DNA of 64,000 bases from Octopus vulgaris (lineage: Eukaryota), in NCBI GenBank assembly GCA_951406725.2, contig OX597819.1:113770001-113834000 (forward strand), read 5' to 3'. Made by a program: the position numbers and the translations under genes. The notes under the pieces were generated by a model. The model saw only the letters and a program-made list of their open reading frames with translations. It made no database searches and was not told the DNA's origin. Shown piece after piece: positions 24,150 through 37,925 of the stretch (positions are counted from its first letter, which is position 1; every line of letters starts with the position of its first letter).

Positions 24150-24973
24150 TTTTTCTTCTTCTTTCAAATTTGCTTCCATTTCTTGCCGAGTGTCTTCCCG
24201 ACTCCTAGGGCAAAGAAACTCATAGTATACATTGGTAGGCCCTTAAACTAAACTCACTCGTTCGTTCATTTTTTTTTTTTTTATAGAAATAAAAGTAATA
24301 GTTCTCACATCGACAATGCTCTTCTCAATACGTATGATGTACCAGTTAAGACAATCTTTTGCACTTCTTGCAGGGATGGTAAGCCAGGGATCATTCTCAT
24401 ATAATTTTCGGTTCCCTTCTTGATCATTCCTAGTGCTCCTACGATCACTGGTATTGTAACCGCCTTGAGATGCCACATTTTCTCAATTTCAATGAGCAGG
24501 TCTTTATATTTTCTGAGCTTGTCAAATTCTTTTGCCGAGATATTATGATCACAGGGAATGCTTATGTCGATCAATAAGCAAACTTTATTGTTTTGGTCTT
24601 TCACAACAATATCCGGTTTATTGGCTTTGATGGTTCGGTCTGTATGTACTGGAAAGTCCCACAGAATCGTTACACTTTCTCCTTCAGTTACAGCTTCAGG
24701 GTGGTGATTATACCACTTGTCGGCAGTTTTGATATTGTAATGCCGACTTATTAGCCAGTGTAGATATTGGCCAACTCTGTCATGTCTTAATTTATTCTCC
24801 ACTGGTGCTAAGACTTTACATCCAGAGATTAGGTGGTCCACTGTTTCAATCATGTCGTTGCAGAATCGGCATTTTGGGTCGACATGATTGAAACAGTGGA
24901 CCACCTAATCTCTGGATGTAAAGTCTTAGCACCAGTGGAGAATAAATTAAGACATGACAGAGTTGGCCAATAT
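24150..24973 (-). mobile_element. R4/Dong-type LINE, 5'-truncated, family B, with a 94-bp inverted duplication at the 5' junction
   Basis: ORF 24305-24904 (CRFC..ETVDHLISGC, RHD, KPDIV, KLRKYKDL, IPVIVGALG); inverted arms 24764-24857 and 24880-24973. Confidence 0.92.
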
Positions 24974-24978
24974 TATTA

Positions 24979-25062
<84 letters not shown>

Positions 25063-25456
25063 GTATGTATATATATATATTTATATATGCACACACACAC
25101 ACACACACACATACACATGCTTCTCTTTTCCTTTAAACAGTTCTTCCTCCTTTGGTCTTTCATTTTGGAAGTTTATGAATTTGAAATGGCAATGGTAGTG
25201 ATTAGTTGTTATGTTGATTACATTTTGTTTAGAAGTCCTAATTACCTAACTTCTTCAAGTATTGTTTTGAAAACTATGTGATCTCATTAGCCACTCAGCC
25301 CACCAACAGTAAAAAGGTGTCCATCATTTGCCTGAGTGGCTGCAGTGGTGGTTAAAGAATGACTGGACTGTAAACAGATAGTATGGATAGGTGAAATTAA
25401 TTGTTGTTTACATGGTTGGTGTTAGGAAGGGCATCCAGCCATAGAAACCATGCCCA

Positions 25457-25786
25457 TGGACATGTTTACAAAGTCAGAAAACAGCACAGCTCCCATGACT
25501 TTCGGAAACATCTTTTCACACTAAGAGTTGCTGAAGTATAAAACAAACTGCCGGCATCAGTTGTTAGTTATCGGAGCACTACATCCTTCAAAACTTTCAT
25601 GCTTCCTCAGATTCGCCAACACTACACCTGATTTTCTCCCCTCCATACACACGCAAGCATGTATCTGACTCATATACTGTTCACTTCCCAGACATTTGTA
25701 CATTACTGTATATGCTTTATACGCACTTTTGACAAGTTGTGATGCACCTGAGCACCGTATACAATAATTTCATTATTATTATTATT
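25457..25786 (+). mobile_element. CR1-type LINE 3' end with (ATT)n tail, nested in an RTE 3' fragment spanning about 25415-25910
   Basis: FRKHLFTLRVAEV*NKLPASVV resembles the CR1 C-terminus; RTE terminal sequence continues on both sides. Confidence 0.7.
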
Positions 25787-25874
25787 AAATCAGACTGGAA
25801 CCTGGTGCAGCTCTCCAGCCTACCAGTTTCAGTCAAACCATCTAACCCATGCCTGCATGGAAAGTGGACGTTAA

Positions 25875-25909
<35 letters not shown>

Positions 25910-26443
25910 TGTTGATGATGGTTACTCGACTAGCTTGAAATAGTGGTCAAGTGACATCATATCATCTCAATTTTAAAAGGAAGGGTACATTGTACAGGTA
26001 AGTCCTAGGTATACAAAAATTGAGATCATTATGGATGGAATGTTTTCACGAGAGACCTACTTGCTGGACCAGGTTGAAAACGGGGCTAAATAGCCACAAC
26101 TAAGGAAGCTTTCACATGGTCACCAGCAACAGTAATAACAGCAGTTGTACTATTTATGATTGACAAGAACGTTGCTTTAATTTGTAGTGGTCGGTTCAAT
26201 TTCATTTATGCGTATGGGCCCATAAGAGGAGAAACTCAAGTCCAGTGCTCCTTCAATTAATGTTAGCGTCCTCACCACTTCACTAAACTTGCAGGAATTC
26301 AAAACAAATGAATCTTTGCTTTTTTTTCATTTAAATTTTCATAACATTTCCTTTGTGTTTTGTTTCTTATTTTATTTCTTTTCAAATTAATTAATAAAAC
26401 ATTCTTCACACATGAAGAAAACAAATAAAAAAAAGTAAAGAAC

Positions 26444-26845
26444 ATCATTGAAAGAATTATTTCACCCTTTTAAATAATTTTCATGTTTTTATTTTAGAGT
26501 CTTTTTACTATTTTTCCTAATTTTTTTCCCCATACAATTTCTCCTTCCTTGAAAGAATTATTTCACCCATTTAAATATTTTTCATCTTTTTATTTTAGTC
26601 TTTTTACTATTTTTCCTCATTTTTTTCTCATACAATTTCTCCTTCATTGAAAGAATTATTTCACCCTTTTATATATTTTTCATATTTTTATTTTAGAGCC
26701 TTTTTACTATTTTTCCTCATTTTTTCCCCATACAATTTCTCCTTCCTTGAAAGAATTATTTCACCCATTTAAATATTTTTCATCTTTTTATTTTAGATTC
26801 TTTTTACCATTTCTCCTCATTTTTCTCTCATACAATTTCTCCTTC
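26444..26845. repeat. Minisatellite of 4 units of ~100 bp, with ABAB higher-order pattern
   Basis: ttgaaagaattatttcaccc recurs at 26448, 26549, 26647 and 26747. Confidence 0.92.
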
Positions 26846-27339
26846 TCTTGCTTACTTCCAATCTATCTTTATTAGAAACTCCAGTGATTGAAAAGTTTGG
26901 AAAATAATAATGGAAAACATAACACTCACGTATCTGCTGCATGTATTTCCTCCAGTCAGCTAAATAACAAATGTGTCACTTCACTTTGATATGGAAACTC
27001 TTTGCTGCTGCCCGTCATCCTACTGCTGCTACAGTTACTGCTGTTATTATCAGTGGTGGTAGTTGGAGTAGTGTTGTAAAAAGTTAGTGGTGGTGGTTAT
27101 AACCCTGGTGACAATGATGATGAGGATGGTGGTTATGTGTTGTTGTTGATAATATGCTGTTGGTGTGGTCATGGTAATGTTGTTGATATCATTAGCAGAC
27201 CAACTTGGTGCAACCCCAGATTAGAGCTGATCTGTCACACACATAGCACAAGGATAACTTTGTATAGTTTAGGACACAATGCACATTCCAACATGCAGTG
27301 GTTAATCATAGGGGAAGCAGCACAACAGTCAAAACTTAT

Positions 27340-27345
27340 ATAATG

Positions 27346-27409
<64 letters not shown>

Positions 27410-27760
27410 TAAATGCCCTGATGCAGTACCAGACAGTGGCTCTCATGGATCCTGATATTAACTGATTGGAAGTGTTATCATGTACATTGTTTTGTCTTGG
27501 TATAAAAGATGGACTACAGCAAATATTCTGCTCAATACCACAGATTTGCTTGCCAGTTGTTTGACCTTAACCAGTTGAGCATGTCCCTTAGTGGCTGACG
27601 ATATGTGCATCTCTGATCACTAGCAGAAGTAGTGAGGGAGCATCATAGCCATGTGTTGAAAGGAATTCTTAGAGGTTTGGATAATTCACCTTTGGAAACA
27701 TGGGTGTTTTGTTCAACATCCTTAAACAACCCTTATTCAGGGACCTTTTGAGCGGGATGT
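27340..27760 (-). mobile_element. Unclassified retroposon 3' end with (ATT)n tail; second terminal copy at about 23018-23060 on the plus strand
   Basis: Shared ccatgagagccactg..tgg.actgca next to TAA/ATT arrays. Confidence 0.5.
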
Positions 27761-28990
27761 CCATTTTCCATGCTGGCATGGGTTACACAGTTTGACAGGA
27801 ACTGGCAAGGTCAGGAGCCACACCAGGTTCCAAAGTGTCTGTTTTGGCTTTGGTTTCTATGGCTTGACACCCTTCCTAATGCCAACCACTTTACAGTGTG
27901 TACTGGGTGCATTTTAAGTGGCACCATCACCTGTGTTACATATTCATTGTCTATCTTCCTAGTGGAGGATCACCTGGCACATTCCAACATGTAATGCTTA
28001 CTTAAATGGCACACAGTGTGACAATTTGTACATGTACCCATTTTGCTGTCCAGTCTATTTATCTTCACCTGTAGATTCTGGTGTGGCCACAACAGAAGCA
28101 GGTATGGGGTTAAAGATACTATTTTTCCACTGCTACACGCTTGTCTTTATATAGTAGGGGCAAATATTGTTGTGGTTTTGTTCTGGGCTATTGTCAATAA
28201 ATCTGGGTGTTTTGGTGGTGGCCATGGAGATTTTACAAGTAGTGGAGAATTTGGGTAGCTAGGATTTGCAGTGACAACATACTGTGATTTTCACAACCTT
28301 AGTTGGTCATAAGTGTTCAGCATTTTTGTTTTAGTGTTTAGGTTGCCTAAGGAGTGATTTATGTGCAACATCTAATGATGCAAAACTGTACTGTTTTGTG
28401 TTCTTTACAAGTTTATTTTATTATAAAAATTTGTTTTTTTTAGTTATGATTTGTTATTGAGAGATTGTGGGCCCAGGTGGGGTTGGCATAATCAATGGTG
28501 GGTTATATCTACTGATCATATACTACTATTGTCCTTCCTTTCTTTTGAAGTACATTAAATCAGTGCTACCACTGCTGCCACCCCCACCCCCACCCCCACC
28601 GCCACTACCATGATAATGATCATTATAATTATCATCATCATTTTAACATTCATTTTTACATGCTTAGATAGAATTCACTGAGGTAGATTTTTTTATTTTT
28701 ACTGTCAGATGTTCCCAGATGTCCTTCTTGTTACTAAACCTCACCTGTTTCCAAGCCAATTAATATTGCCACATGGCCAGTCTTGCACTTTACAGAAGAT
28801 TGAAAATGAATGAAGCTTGCTTACAACCATCATGAGATGTCAATATATGGGGATCTCCCACCACTCACACACAATCATACATATTTCTCTCTTGCTTTCA
28901 CTCTCTTCTCTCTCTCTTTATATATATATATATAAAATATGAATTAGATATAAAACCACTATTATGCAACTCAAACAGTAATAAACATAT

Positions 28991-29054
<64 letters not shown>

Positions 29055-29601
29055 GTGTATATGTGTGTGTGTGCATATGTGTATGACAAGCTTCTTTCAG
29101 TTTCCAACAACCAAATTCACAAGGCCTTAGATCAACCTGGGGCTATATCAGAAGACACTAGCTCAAGGTGTCACGCAGTGGGACTGAACCTGTAGCCACA
29201 TGGTTGGGAAGTAAGATTTCTAACCACACGGTAATGTGACTATTATTATATTTCGAGATGGTCATTTTCTTTTTTTTCTGTTTTCTTTGCCGATAAACAC
29301 ATATACACTCTTTTACTCTTTTCATCTTTTATTTGTGGGAAGAACTGCCATGCATCCAGAGCCCAGGACTGGATGCTAGACTCTTCTAAATTTGTTACCA
29401 AAAGATGGCCATCTGGTATACAAACTCAGCCCAATGACTCATCTGGTTGCTGTGTTAAACATACAAAATTAACCAAATTGGTTGTATAAATAAAGTTGTA
29501 ATTCAGGTGCATAATTTTAATTTAGATTAATTTATGTATGTGTGCATATGTGTGTCCATGAGCATGTGTGTGTTTGTATATGCATACATACACATATACA
29601 G

Positions 29602-29636
<35 letters not shown>

Positions 29637-30806
29637 CATATATATATATGTGGGGTAGAAAGGGCTCCTTAGCCGTAGTGAAGGCAATCTATCTAGGGAG
29701 ATAACCTTACAAAAAAATCACTCGGTCCGTAGCTTAGAAATACTGGGTTGACGTCCAGCGGGAACAGCTTTGTTTTATGGAGGAGGAAAGATCTTCTTTA
29801 GTACTTGGTTGTACAATGCTTTCCAATGTGTGTAGTAGTGGCGCGTGCACACATTATTAGCCATTTGAAAAGACTATGAAAGTCTCGACCACGGTCGAAC
29901 AATGATGATGATATATGTGTGTGTGGGTGGGTGTGTGTGTGTACACATACAGATATATATATATATATTTATACAAACACCTATATACATATATATATAT
30001 TTGAGTGTGTGTGTATACATGTAATATATATATGTGTATATATATAAAATATATATATATGTATGTGTGTGTGTGTGTGTTTGTGTGTTTGTATATGTAT
30101 ATGTATATGAAATAGCCAATTGTTTACTCTAGGTCAAGGATTGTAAATATTTAATACATGATTATTTTCCATCTACAACCAAGTTTTCCACTCCACTGCC
30201 TCCAAGCGACTGGTCATTTACATGCTCTCTGCAAGCATGTACTTGTATATCTAGCAATCATTTTCCTTATCTTTATTATTGTCAACGGAATCATCATCAT
30301 TGACTTGAACAAATGTCAGTCAGTGAGTCATCATTATCATCATCATCATTATCAGTAGCAAATATTGTCATTGTTGTTGTCAACAAAACTTCAGCCTTCC
30401 TCATCATCACCATGGCCTTCCCCCATGGTCTTCCTCATCTTTGTTGTCATCATCATTACCAACCCCACCATCTGCTCTAATTTCTTTTACTTTATATAGA
30501 ACTGAAACTCACAAGCGGAACAAAATGCTTTGTGGTATTTGTTCTGGTTCAATACATTCTGAGTTCAAATCCTGCTCTTTATTTTTCTGCAGTCGTTAAA
30601 ACCAAATATCAGTCAGATACTGAGATCAAGATGATTGACCAGCATTTTACAACCAAATTTCTTGTATTGTGCCTATGTCAGAAACAAAGGCACTTGCACT
30701 TTGCTGGACATTGCTGGAAAGAGTTGGAAAGAGACCTACTGCTATGGATGCCAAGGCATGACTGTACTCAAGCAGGTCATCCGAATCCAATGAATGTAGA
30801 TCAACT

Positions 30807-30846
<40 letters not shown>

Positions 30847-30849
30847 GTA

Positions 30850-31012
30850 GTAATGAAATTATTGTATACAGTGCTCAGGTGCACCACAACTTGTCAAAAG
30901 TGCATATAAAGTATATGCAGTAATGTACAAATGTCTGGAAAGTGAACAGTGTATGAGTCAGATACATGCTTGTGTGTGTATGGAGGAGAGAAAATCAGGT
31001 GTAGTGTTGGCA
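30850..31012 (-). mobile_element. CR1-type 3' UTR fragment, same family as 25457-25786
   Basis: Reverse-complement similarity to 25615-25786. Confidence 0.75.
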
Positions 31013-31479
31013 AAGGAGGTGGGGGGGCTAGTTGGTTACATCAATACTAGTATTCAACTGGTACTTGATTTATTGAGCCTGAAAGAATGAAATCTAAAGT
31101 GGACTTTAATGGAATTTGAACTCAGAACGTAAAAACAGATAAAATACTACTAAGCATTTTGTTCAACTTCCCTCAACTAATGCAGGGCTAAGATGGATAG
31201 CAAGTGCGGATTAAAAATGTCTGAGCAAACTCAACTGGATGACGATGACCATTAAGGCAGCAAGCTGGCAGAATTGGTAACATGCCAGGAAAAATACAGC
31301 ATTTTGGTTGTCTTTATGTTCTGAGTTCAAATTTCACTGAGGTCGACTTTGCCTTTCATCATTCAAGGGTTGATAAAATAAGTACCAGTTGAACTCTGGG
31401 TTCCATGTAATCAACATATCCACTCCCCACCCAAGTTACTGGCCCTGTGCCAAAATTTGAAACCACTACTATTATTATA

Positions 31480-31764
31480 ATAATCATTCTTTTAACTCCA
31501 GTTTAGTTGGAACTCCAGGAATCTTGCATGAGTAGTAGGCTTGCTACATGCAGCCTATGGTATCATGCTATCTATTCTCTTCAACCATCTAATACTATCC
31601 TAACGATTCTGGTAAACTTTTTGCAGCCTCTCTACTAGGCACTCTATTTCCATTTCCTTTATATTCTTCTCCTTGCCTTCTGGTACTGTTCCCAAGAATC
31701 CAACAATAATTGAGACTATCTTTATTTTCATCATTTTCCACATTTGAGTTATCACGTATTTAAG
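31480..31764 (-). mobile_element. Old R4-type RLE LINE 3' remnant
   Basis: Hand translation LKYVITQMWKMMKIKIVSIIVGFLGTVP...ERLQKV. Confidence 0.6.
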
Positions 31765-32010
31765 AGGCATATGGCGTAGTGGTTAAGAACGTGGGCTACT
31801 AACCCCAAGATTTCAAGTTTGATTCCAGGCAGTGACCTGAATAATAATAATAATACTAATAACATCATCAAAAAATACCATAAGAATGAGAACCCAGGTT
31901 CAAAATCTTCCCAAGACACCTGATGAAGGCTGGAGGGTATATATTAGCCGAAATGTGTTAACAACAAACAAGATGAGGACAAATATCCGTCAAATGTAAA
32001 TAATGTAAAT
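31765..32010 (+). mobile_element. Third copy of the tRNA-headed hammerhead SINE-like element
   Basis: GGCATATGGCGTAGTGGTTAAG head; gacac-CTGATGA-A-GGCTG..TAGCC-GAAA at 31915-31959. Confidence 0.8.
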
Positions 32011-32102
32011 ATTGTTATTACTGTTGCTGTTGTTATTGTTATTACTTTGTTTTAAATGAGCTTTTCCAAGTCACACCTAGAGACTGTCGGTGTTATATGT
32101 TA

Positions 32103-32509
32103 CTAGCAGCAAAGCCCAGTTTCACCCGGTCTATTTGGATGATGCGACTGTGGTCGTTTTTGGTTAGGCATAATCATAACATCGTTTCTCAACCTTATCA
32201 TTTTGTTCCCCTGTTTCGACTGGAGCCTCCAACCTTGGGAAAATTTCCTGACCCCACCCTGTCAGAAATCAGCTTCTAAGCAACTGGTTGTTTTAATCGC
32301 AGAAGAAAGAATGAAATTCCATTAGAAAAGTTTTAATCGATTTTCTCGGTAAGTATGGAGGTTGGGAAAAAAATACAAACTGCATTCCAGCCTATGCACA
32401 TGTCTCCACATGAGTGCCATTTTTCATGCGAATCCACCCAGCCGTTTGGCTGTGAACCTCAAGACAAGAAAGAATACAACGATTGCCCATGTTCAATTTA
32501 TATTATAGA
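32103..32509 (-). mobile_element. Non-autonomous Helitron
   Basis: Minus strand A|TCTATAATATAA start; CCGG-gtgaaa-CTGG hairpin, then gctttgctgCTAG|T end. Confidence 0.65.
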
Positions 32510-34659
32510 TTAGCAATGATAAATTGTTGAGAAAGGAAACCAAATACTGAGAAGTAAGATTTTGTTCTAATATTTGTGATTTTGAAAGATTCTAAAAGAT
32601 TCAGATATTCTCAAGTTGACAATGTTTTTCTTAAGAAATGGGCAGTATTATAAAATATTGTGAGTTTTTACATTTTGAGTTCAAATTCCACATAGGCCAA
32701 CTTTACTTTCATACCTCCATGGTTGATAAAAGAAAGTACCAGTTATGCACTGGGATCACAATAATTATCTGGTTACTCCTCTAAGATGCATGGCTTTGTA
32801 TTTGTGTTAAAAGTCATTTACATTATTTAGTCATATCCTTTATGTTTTGAGTTCAATTACAGTCCAAGTTGATATCAGCTTTAATCTTTCCAGGGTCAGT
32901 ATAATCTGTGACTTGATACTCATGTTAGAAAACACTGTTATCATTAGGCCCTGGATTTATAGAATGAGTAGGGTGCCAATCCTTTAGGTTCTTACTTTAA
33001 ATATTGCTAGGATCAACTTTGTGTTCCATACAACTGGGTTCAATAAAGTAAGTATAGTCAAATATTAGTCTAAATACAATCAACTGTTACTCCACCATCT
33101 CAAATTAGGTGACATGGAGGGCATCTGGCTATAGAAAACCTCCCTCAATGAATTCCATTTCACCCATGAAAGCATGGAAAAGTGTTGAACTGACTATACA
33201 CTCCCCTAATATTGTGGCTTTGTGCCCACGTTAGAAACCATTAAGATCATAAGTTAGTATAAACAATAATGTATCAGATTAAATTACATGCTGTGTATTC
33301 TGATCTCAAATCTATATTACTGTTGAAATGTTCCCACTTTGATCAGATACATCCATGCAATGAAGCATTACTGACCTAAAGAGAACCTGTATCATATTGC
33401 AAATCCACCGTGAGGTGAGATCGGTTGGGAGATATTTGTAACAAACATAGTGTTAGTATTAATAACAATGGCAGTGGTGAGGGTGGTAATGGAAATTGTG
33501 GTGACGAAATGATGATGGTAAAGTTGCTGTTTAGCTCCAGATCAACTGGAATCAAGCATTTCTATGACCAAATGTATTTTAACTATGACCACTCAGTCGA
33601 CATTCATAGTATTCTTTCTTTTCAAAGCTGGTAGGAGATTTGATTGTTATTTCTAGCAGATTGAGTGACTACACAGAGGTACATTTTTGGCTTAGTGAAA
33701 ATGATGGTAATAAAGCTTGCGATTCTAATGACTTTGGAATCAATGAGGATAATGCCAGTGTCCACAATGGTAATGATGCATGAAAGTACATAGGCATTAA
33801 CACAGGATATCTAATTTCTTATTGCATATCCAGTTAGCTTGCGGAAATGCAGACATGAAGATATAAATGGAAGAGAGCTTGGATGGACACGGGAATGAAG
33901 TATCGGATAATCACTTAATAAATTGTCATTTAATACCCTGACACAAGATGAAAGCTCTTAACCCGTAACAACCTATTCCACTTAGCTGTATGTATGTACT
34001 GCAGTATGATACAGTTCTCTGTAATATGTCACCTTCAGTAACTAAATCCATTTAGCCACAAATAGATACCAGTGGGTGGTATTGATCATTGAGCTATATC
34101 ACATGGTCGAAATTCTTAAATTCATCAGCCCAGTGCAATAGGCTGTAAAGAGCTACCACAGGCTGGTATAGTTCACTATGATGTGTTACGTAACCAAGAA
34201 CCTTAATCCTCAACAACCCAGTCTACCTAAGATAATAAATAAGTATCAAACGGTGGTATAGTTTACTGTCATGTCACATAGCCAGGAAATTTCTCAACAA
34301 ATTAATCTGTTTTGTTACTGATAACTAAGGAGGTAATGTTGTGTTATAAGTAAATCATTAAAAATGTAATAAAAGTTAAACTAATTTGACTTTTATATGA
34401 AATATTCTAAATAGAAAGTTCTCAGTACTTAAATCATAAAATATATAGATCACACAAATTAATACATTTTTAGTGTAACTGAATCCTCAGTTTCCACCAG
34501 TGCAGACAATAGCAAGACTAGCTTTGCTAATATTTTAATCCCCAAAGGGGTATCACTTATGAACCAGCTCTCTGGAAAAAGATATGTCACAAAGAAGTCA
34601 ACTTCCTTGCCTGACAATTTTAGCAAAGAAAGAGCAAAAAGATAAGTGACATATATTTG

Positions 34660-35201
34660 ATGAGTAAAAAGTGATCCAAGCAGAAATTTTTCTCGCCTGA
34701 GAAAAACAGAAGCATGTTTGGTTGGAGTGGATGCTTGAATTTCTTCAAAAGCTTTGCAGCTCTTGATGGCTTGGGATAAAAATTAGCCCTTTCTCATCTT
34801 GCATGAAGAATACCGAATGTCTTCAGGTACTATCTGCTTGATAAAAAACTGACACTCGCATGTCCCTGGCGATGAACCTGATTGACTTGGAGGGACAGTT
34901 GGCAATCATGGCCTGGATCTCACCAAGAAATTCAGGAGTTCTTCTCTGCCATACCTTTGTAATTAGACTCATCCAACTCTTTCCAAATCCTCTGCACTGT
35001 CCTCCGATTGATACCTAAACACTCTGAAATGTTCATACTGGAGCTTCTGGCACGAATGCCAAATTGCATCATGGTGCTGTTTTTCTCACAGACAGTGCCC
35101 GACTGACCCTACTATACTGTGTAGTCAACAGAATCAAAAACAAATAATGCGCAAAATTAAAAATTTATATAAAATGGTGACAATTTACCCATTGCATCCT
35201 G
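34660..35201 (-). mobile_element. Tc1/maT-like transposon 5' fragment
   Basis: TA|CAGGATGCAATGGG terminus; RTPEFLGEIQAMI..PSKSIRFIARDM and FFSGEKNF (first catalytic Asp motif, degenerate). Confidence 0.65.
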
Positions 35202-35724
35202 TACATATAAAGAAGCATTATATTTTATAAACACAACTTTATAACCTAATGAGTTATAAATGGAAGATGACCTGAGGTTTTGTAGTATGTACTTCACAAA
35301 GGTTCTGATCAAGAGCCACAACATGCTGCCTAACTTGTTGCAGGGCCTCAGGAGTCTACAGCACCATCAACATCATTCTAGCTATATCAAGAAGACATAC
35401 TTTGTGTAGTGTCACAAAGTTAATAGTTCTTTGGATTAAGGAAAGACACTGGTTGATACTTTCAGACACTGAACTTAATGATCCTACTATGACAAGAATT
35501 ACCATTATCATTTTTGCAATTCAAGACTTTTTAGTTCACACTCTGGAAATTTGTATATTTTCTGCTTTTCTTCTTTGTTCAAATAGACAAGCAACATCTA
35601 TGATAGTATAATGATATTTGGATCTGGATGTTCCAGTTTCATGTTTGTCTGAATTTTCATACATTATGAAATTTTTGCCTGATCATTTTCAATGACTTTC
35701 ACTGGTCTGCATTCATATAATTGC

Positions 35725-36128
35725 TCTTTTACTAGTTTCAGTCATTTGACTGTGGCCATGCTGGAGCAGCGCCTTTAGTCGAGCAAATCGACCCCAGGAC
35801 TTATTCTTTGTAAGCCTAGTACTTATTCTATCGGGCTCTTTTGCCATACTGCTAAGTTACGGGGACGTAAACACACCATCATCAGTTGTCAAGCGATGTT
35901 GGGGAGACAAACACAGACACAAATACACACACACATATATATATATATATATACATACATACATATACACGACGGGTTTCTTTCAGTTTCCCTCTACCAA
36001 ATCCACTCACAAGGCCTTGGTCGGCCTGAGGCTATAGTAGAAGACACTTGCCCAAGGTGCCACACAATGGGATTGAACCCAGAACCATGTAGTTTGTCAG
36101 CAAGCTACTTACCACACAGTCACTCCTA
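35725..36128 (-). mobile_element. Full-length tRNA-derived SINE with an internal (CA/TA)n tract; partial copies at about 215-365, 9420-9560, 29090-29235, 38895-39025 and 59150-59280
   Basis: Head AGGAGTGACTGTGTGGTAAG (A box), GGTTCAATCCC (B box), gggcaagtgtcttctactatagcc body. Confidence 0.8.
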
Positions 36129-36989
36129 CGTCTATAATTTTTAATTTTATAAGTGAATGGACACCAGTCTGTTTGATTTAAAGCATATAAACGTTCACAG
36201 CTTTTCTGTTTCACACAGAAATCTCAAACATGCAAAGTTATTTTGATCAACACAATATAAAAATAACATAACAGAAGATAAACATTTATTAAATAAAAAC
36301 ATTGCCCCATAGTTTCAGGGGAGATACAAACACACAAGCATGTATATATTTTATATACACACGTGTAGTGTGAGTGATTAAAGAATATGAATGTGTGTGT
36401 GTTGAGTGTGCATGTATGCTTATAAAATATATTGAACCAGTTTAATGTTGAGCAATTTGTATTTTGTGACACTCAAGTTACCCAACAAAGATTTGTGTAA
36501 AAAAATTATATATATAAAAAAAAAAACAGAAGTAAAAAAAGAAAGCTTTTGTGCATGTTTGTCAACATCAGCAATATTTACTAAAAACATTTCAGTGTTG
36601 TGGCTGTAAATAGTCTTATGTAACGGACGGGAAAGGAATATTGAGTTATACTTCATTTATAAAGCAATGCTGTAAATTGTTATAGTGTAGTGTAACTTAA
36701 TGCTCTATGGTGTTATAGTATAGAAATATAATATAGTAAGCTAGTGTTTGGAGTGGTACCAATATCTTCCATTTTCAAATAACAACATTAATTTTACACA
36801 GCTTGACTCTTAATTTTTTTCTGGTCTGTTTCTTTAGAAATAGCTCTTGGTAGCAGTCCATCCATCTGGTATACTGTTAGCTGTTATTATTCAGTAATAA
36901 TGTTGAACAAATGCACAGATTCTTCCCCACTACTCATGTATTTAGCCATGTACTCTACTCCATCTACACTAATTTTATATACATACATT

Positions 36990-37141
36990 TGGCGTTAGGA
37001 AGGGCATCCAGCCGTAGAAACACTGCCAGATTTGACTGGGCCTGATGAAGCCTTCTGGCTTCACAGACCCCAGCAGAACCGTCCAACCCATGCTAGCATG
37101 GAAAACGGACGCTAAATGATGATGATGATGATGATGATGAT
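36990..37141 (+). mobile_element. RTE 3' end, near-identical to the terminus of the 2114-5016 element
   Basis: ggcgttaggaagggcatccagccgtag...ggacgctaaa(TGA)n. Confidence 0.9.
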
Positions 37142-37592
37142 ACATCTATCCACATATCTATATATATAGACACACATGCTTATATATGCATGTGCATACA
37201 CACACACACACACATTTATATACACATGTAGTTGTATGTGTGTATATATATATGTATGTATGTTTATGCATGCATATATATAAATAGGCACATTTGTGTG
37301 AATATAAGTGCATGTATACCCCTCCTGTAACCCTATTTTAGCTTATTTATTTATCTACTGAAGTGCTTAATAGGCAAACTTTTTGAAAAAATACACATTA
37401 TTAATGTGACATAGCAATTATTTGTATAATGTACTCTAGCACAAACCAGAGAATTATATTTATCATTTTAGTTGGCTTATATAAATGCAATTCCCATAAT
37501 TTGAAACTAGTTTGATAAGTGCTAATGCAGGAAACTCTCAACCCTTGAGTCACTCTGTAACATCCACTATTTAATATATGTATATAATATAC

Positions 37593-37625
<33 letters not shown>

Positions 37626-37813
37626 CACACATTCAAATATTCATATATACATATATAAACACAAACACATATACATACATACACAACTCTCACACATTCA
37701 TAAATAAATATGAGTGCAAGGGAGAATGTGTATGAATGCAGATGTACTTCTAAATATATATGTATATATGTTAATTTTTCTGATTTTGTATCACATCTTT
37801 TTCATTTGCCATC

Positions 37814-37925
37814 TCAAAATTCATCAATGTCATCTGGCTCAGGGAAGTAACCAACAGTAACAGAACTTGGTCGTACAAATCCACCATACTTCATGAGGCA
37901 TTCAAAATACCGTTTACCTTTGACA
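37814..37925 (-). CDS. TBCB: TBCB last coding exon (VKGKRYFEC...DIDEF*)
   Basis: Acceptor ttcttccag, TGA at 37816-37814. Confidence 0.96.

Noticed and set aside
26925-27130. Possible upstream non-coding exon of the stum-like gene (minus-strand GTGAGT donor near 26929)
   Set aside because: Only a donor-like hexamer in low-complexity sequence; not supportable without transcripts.
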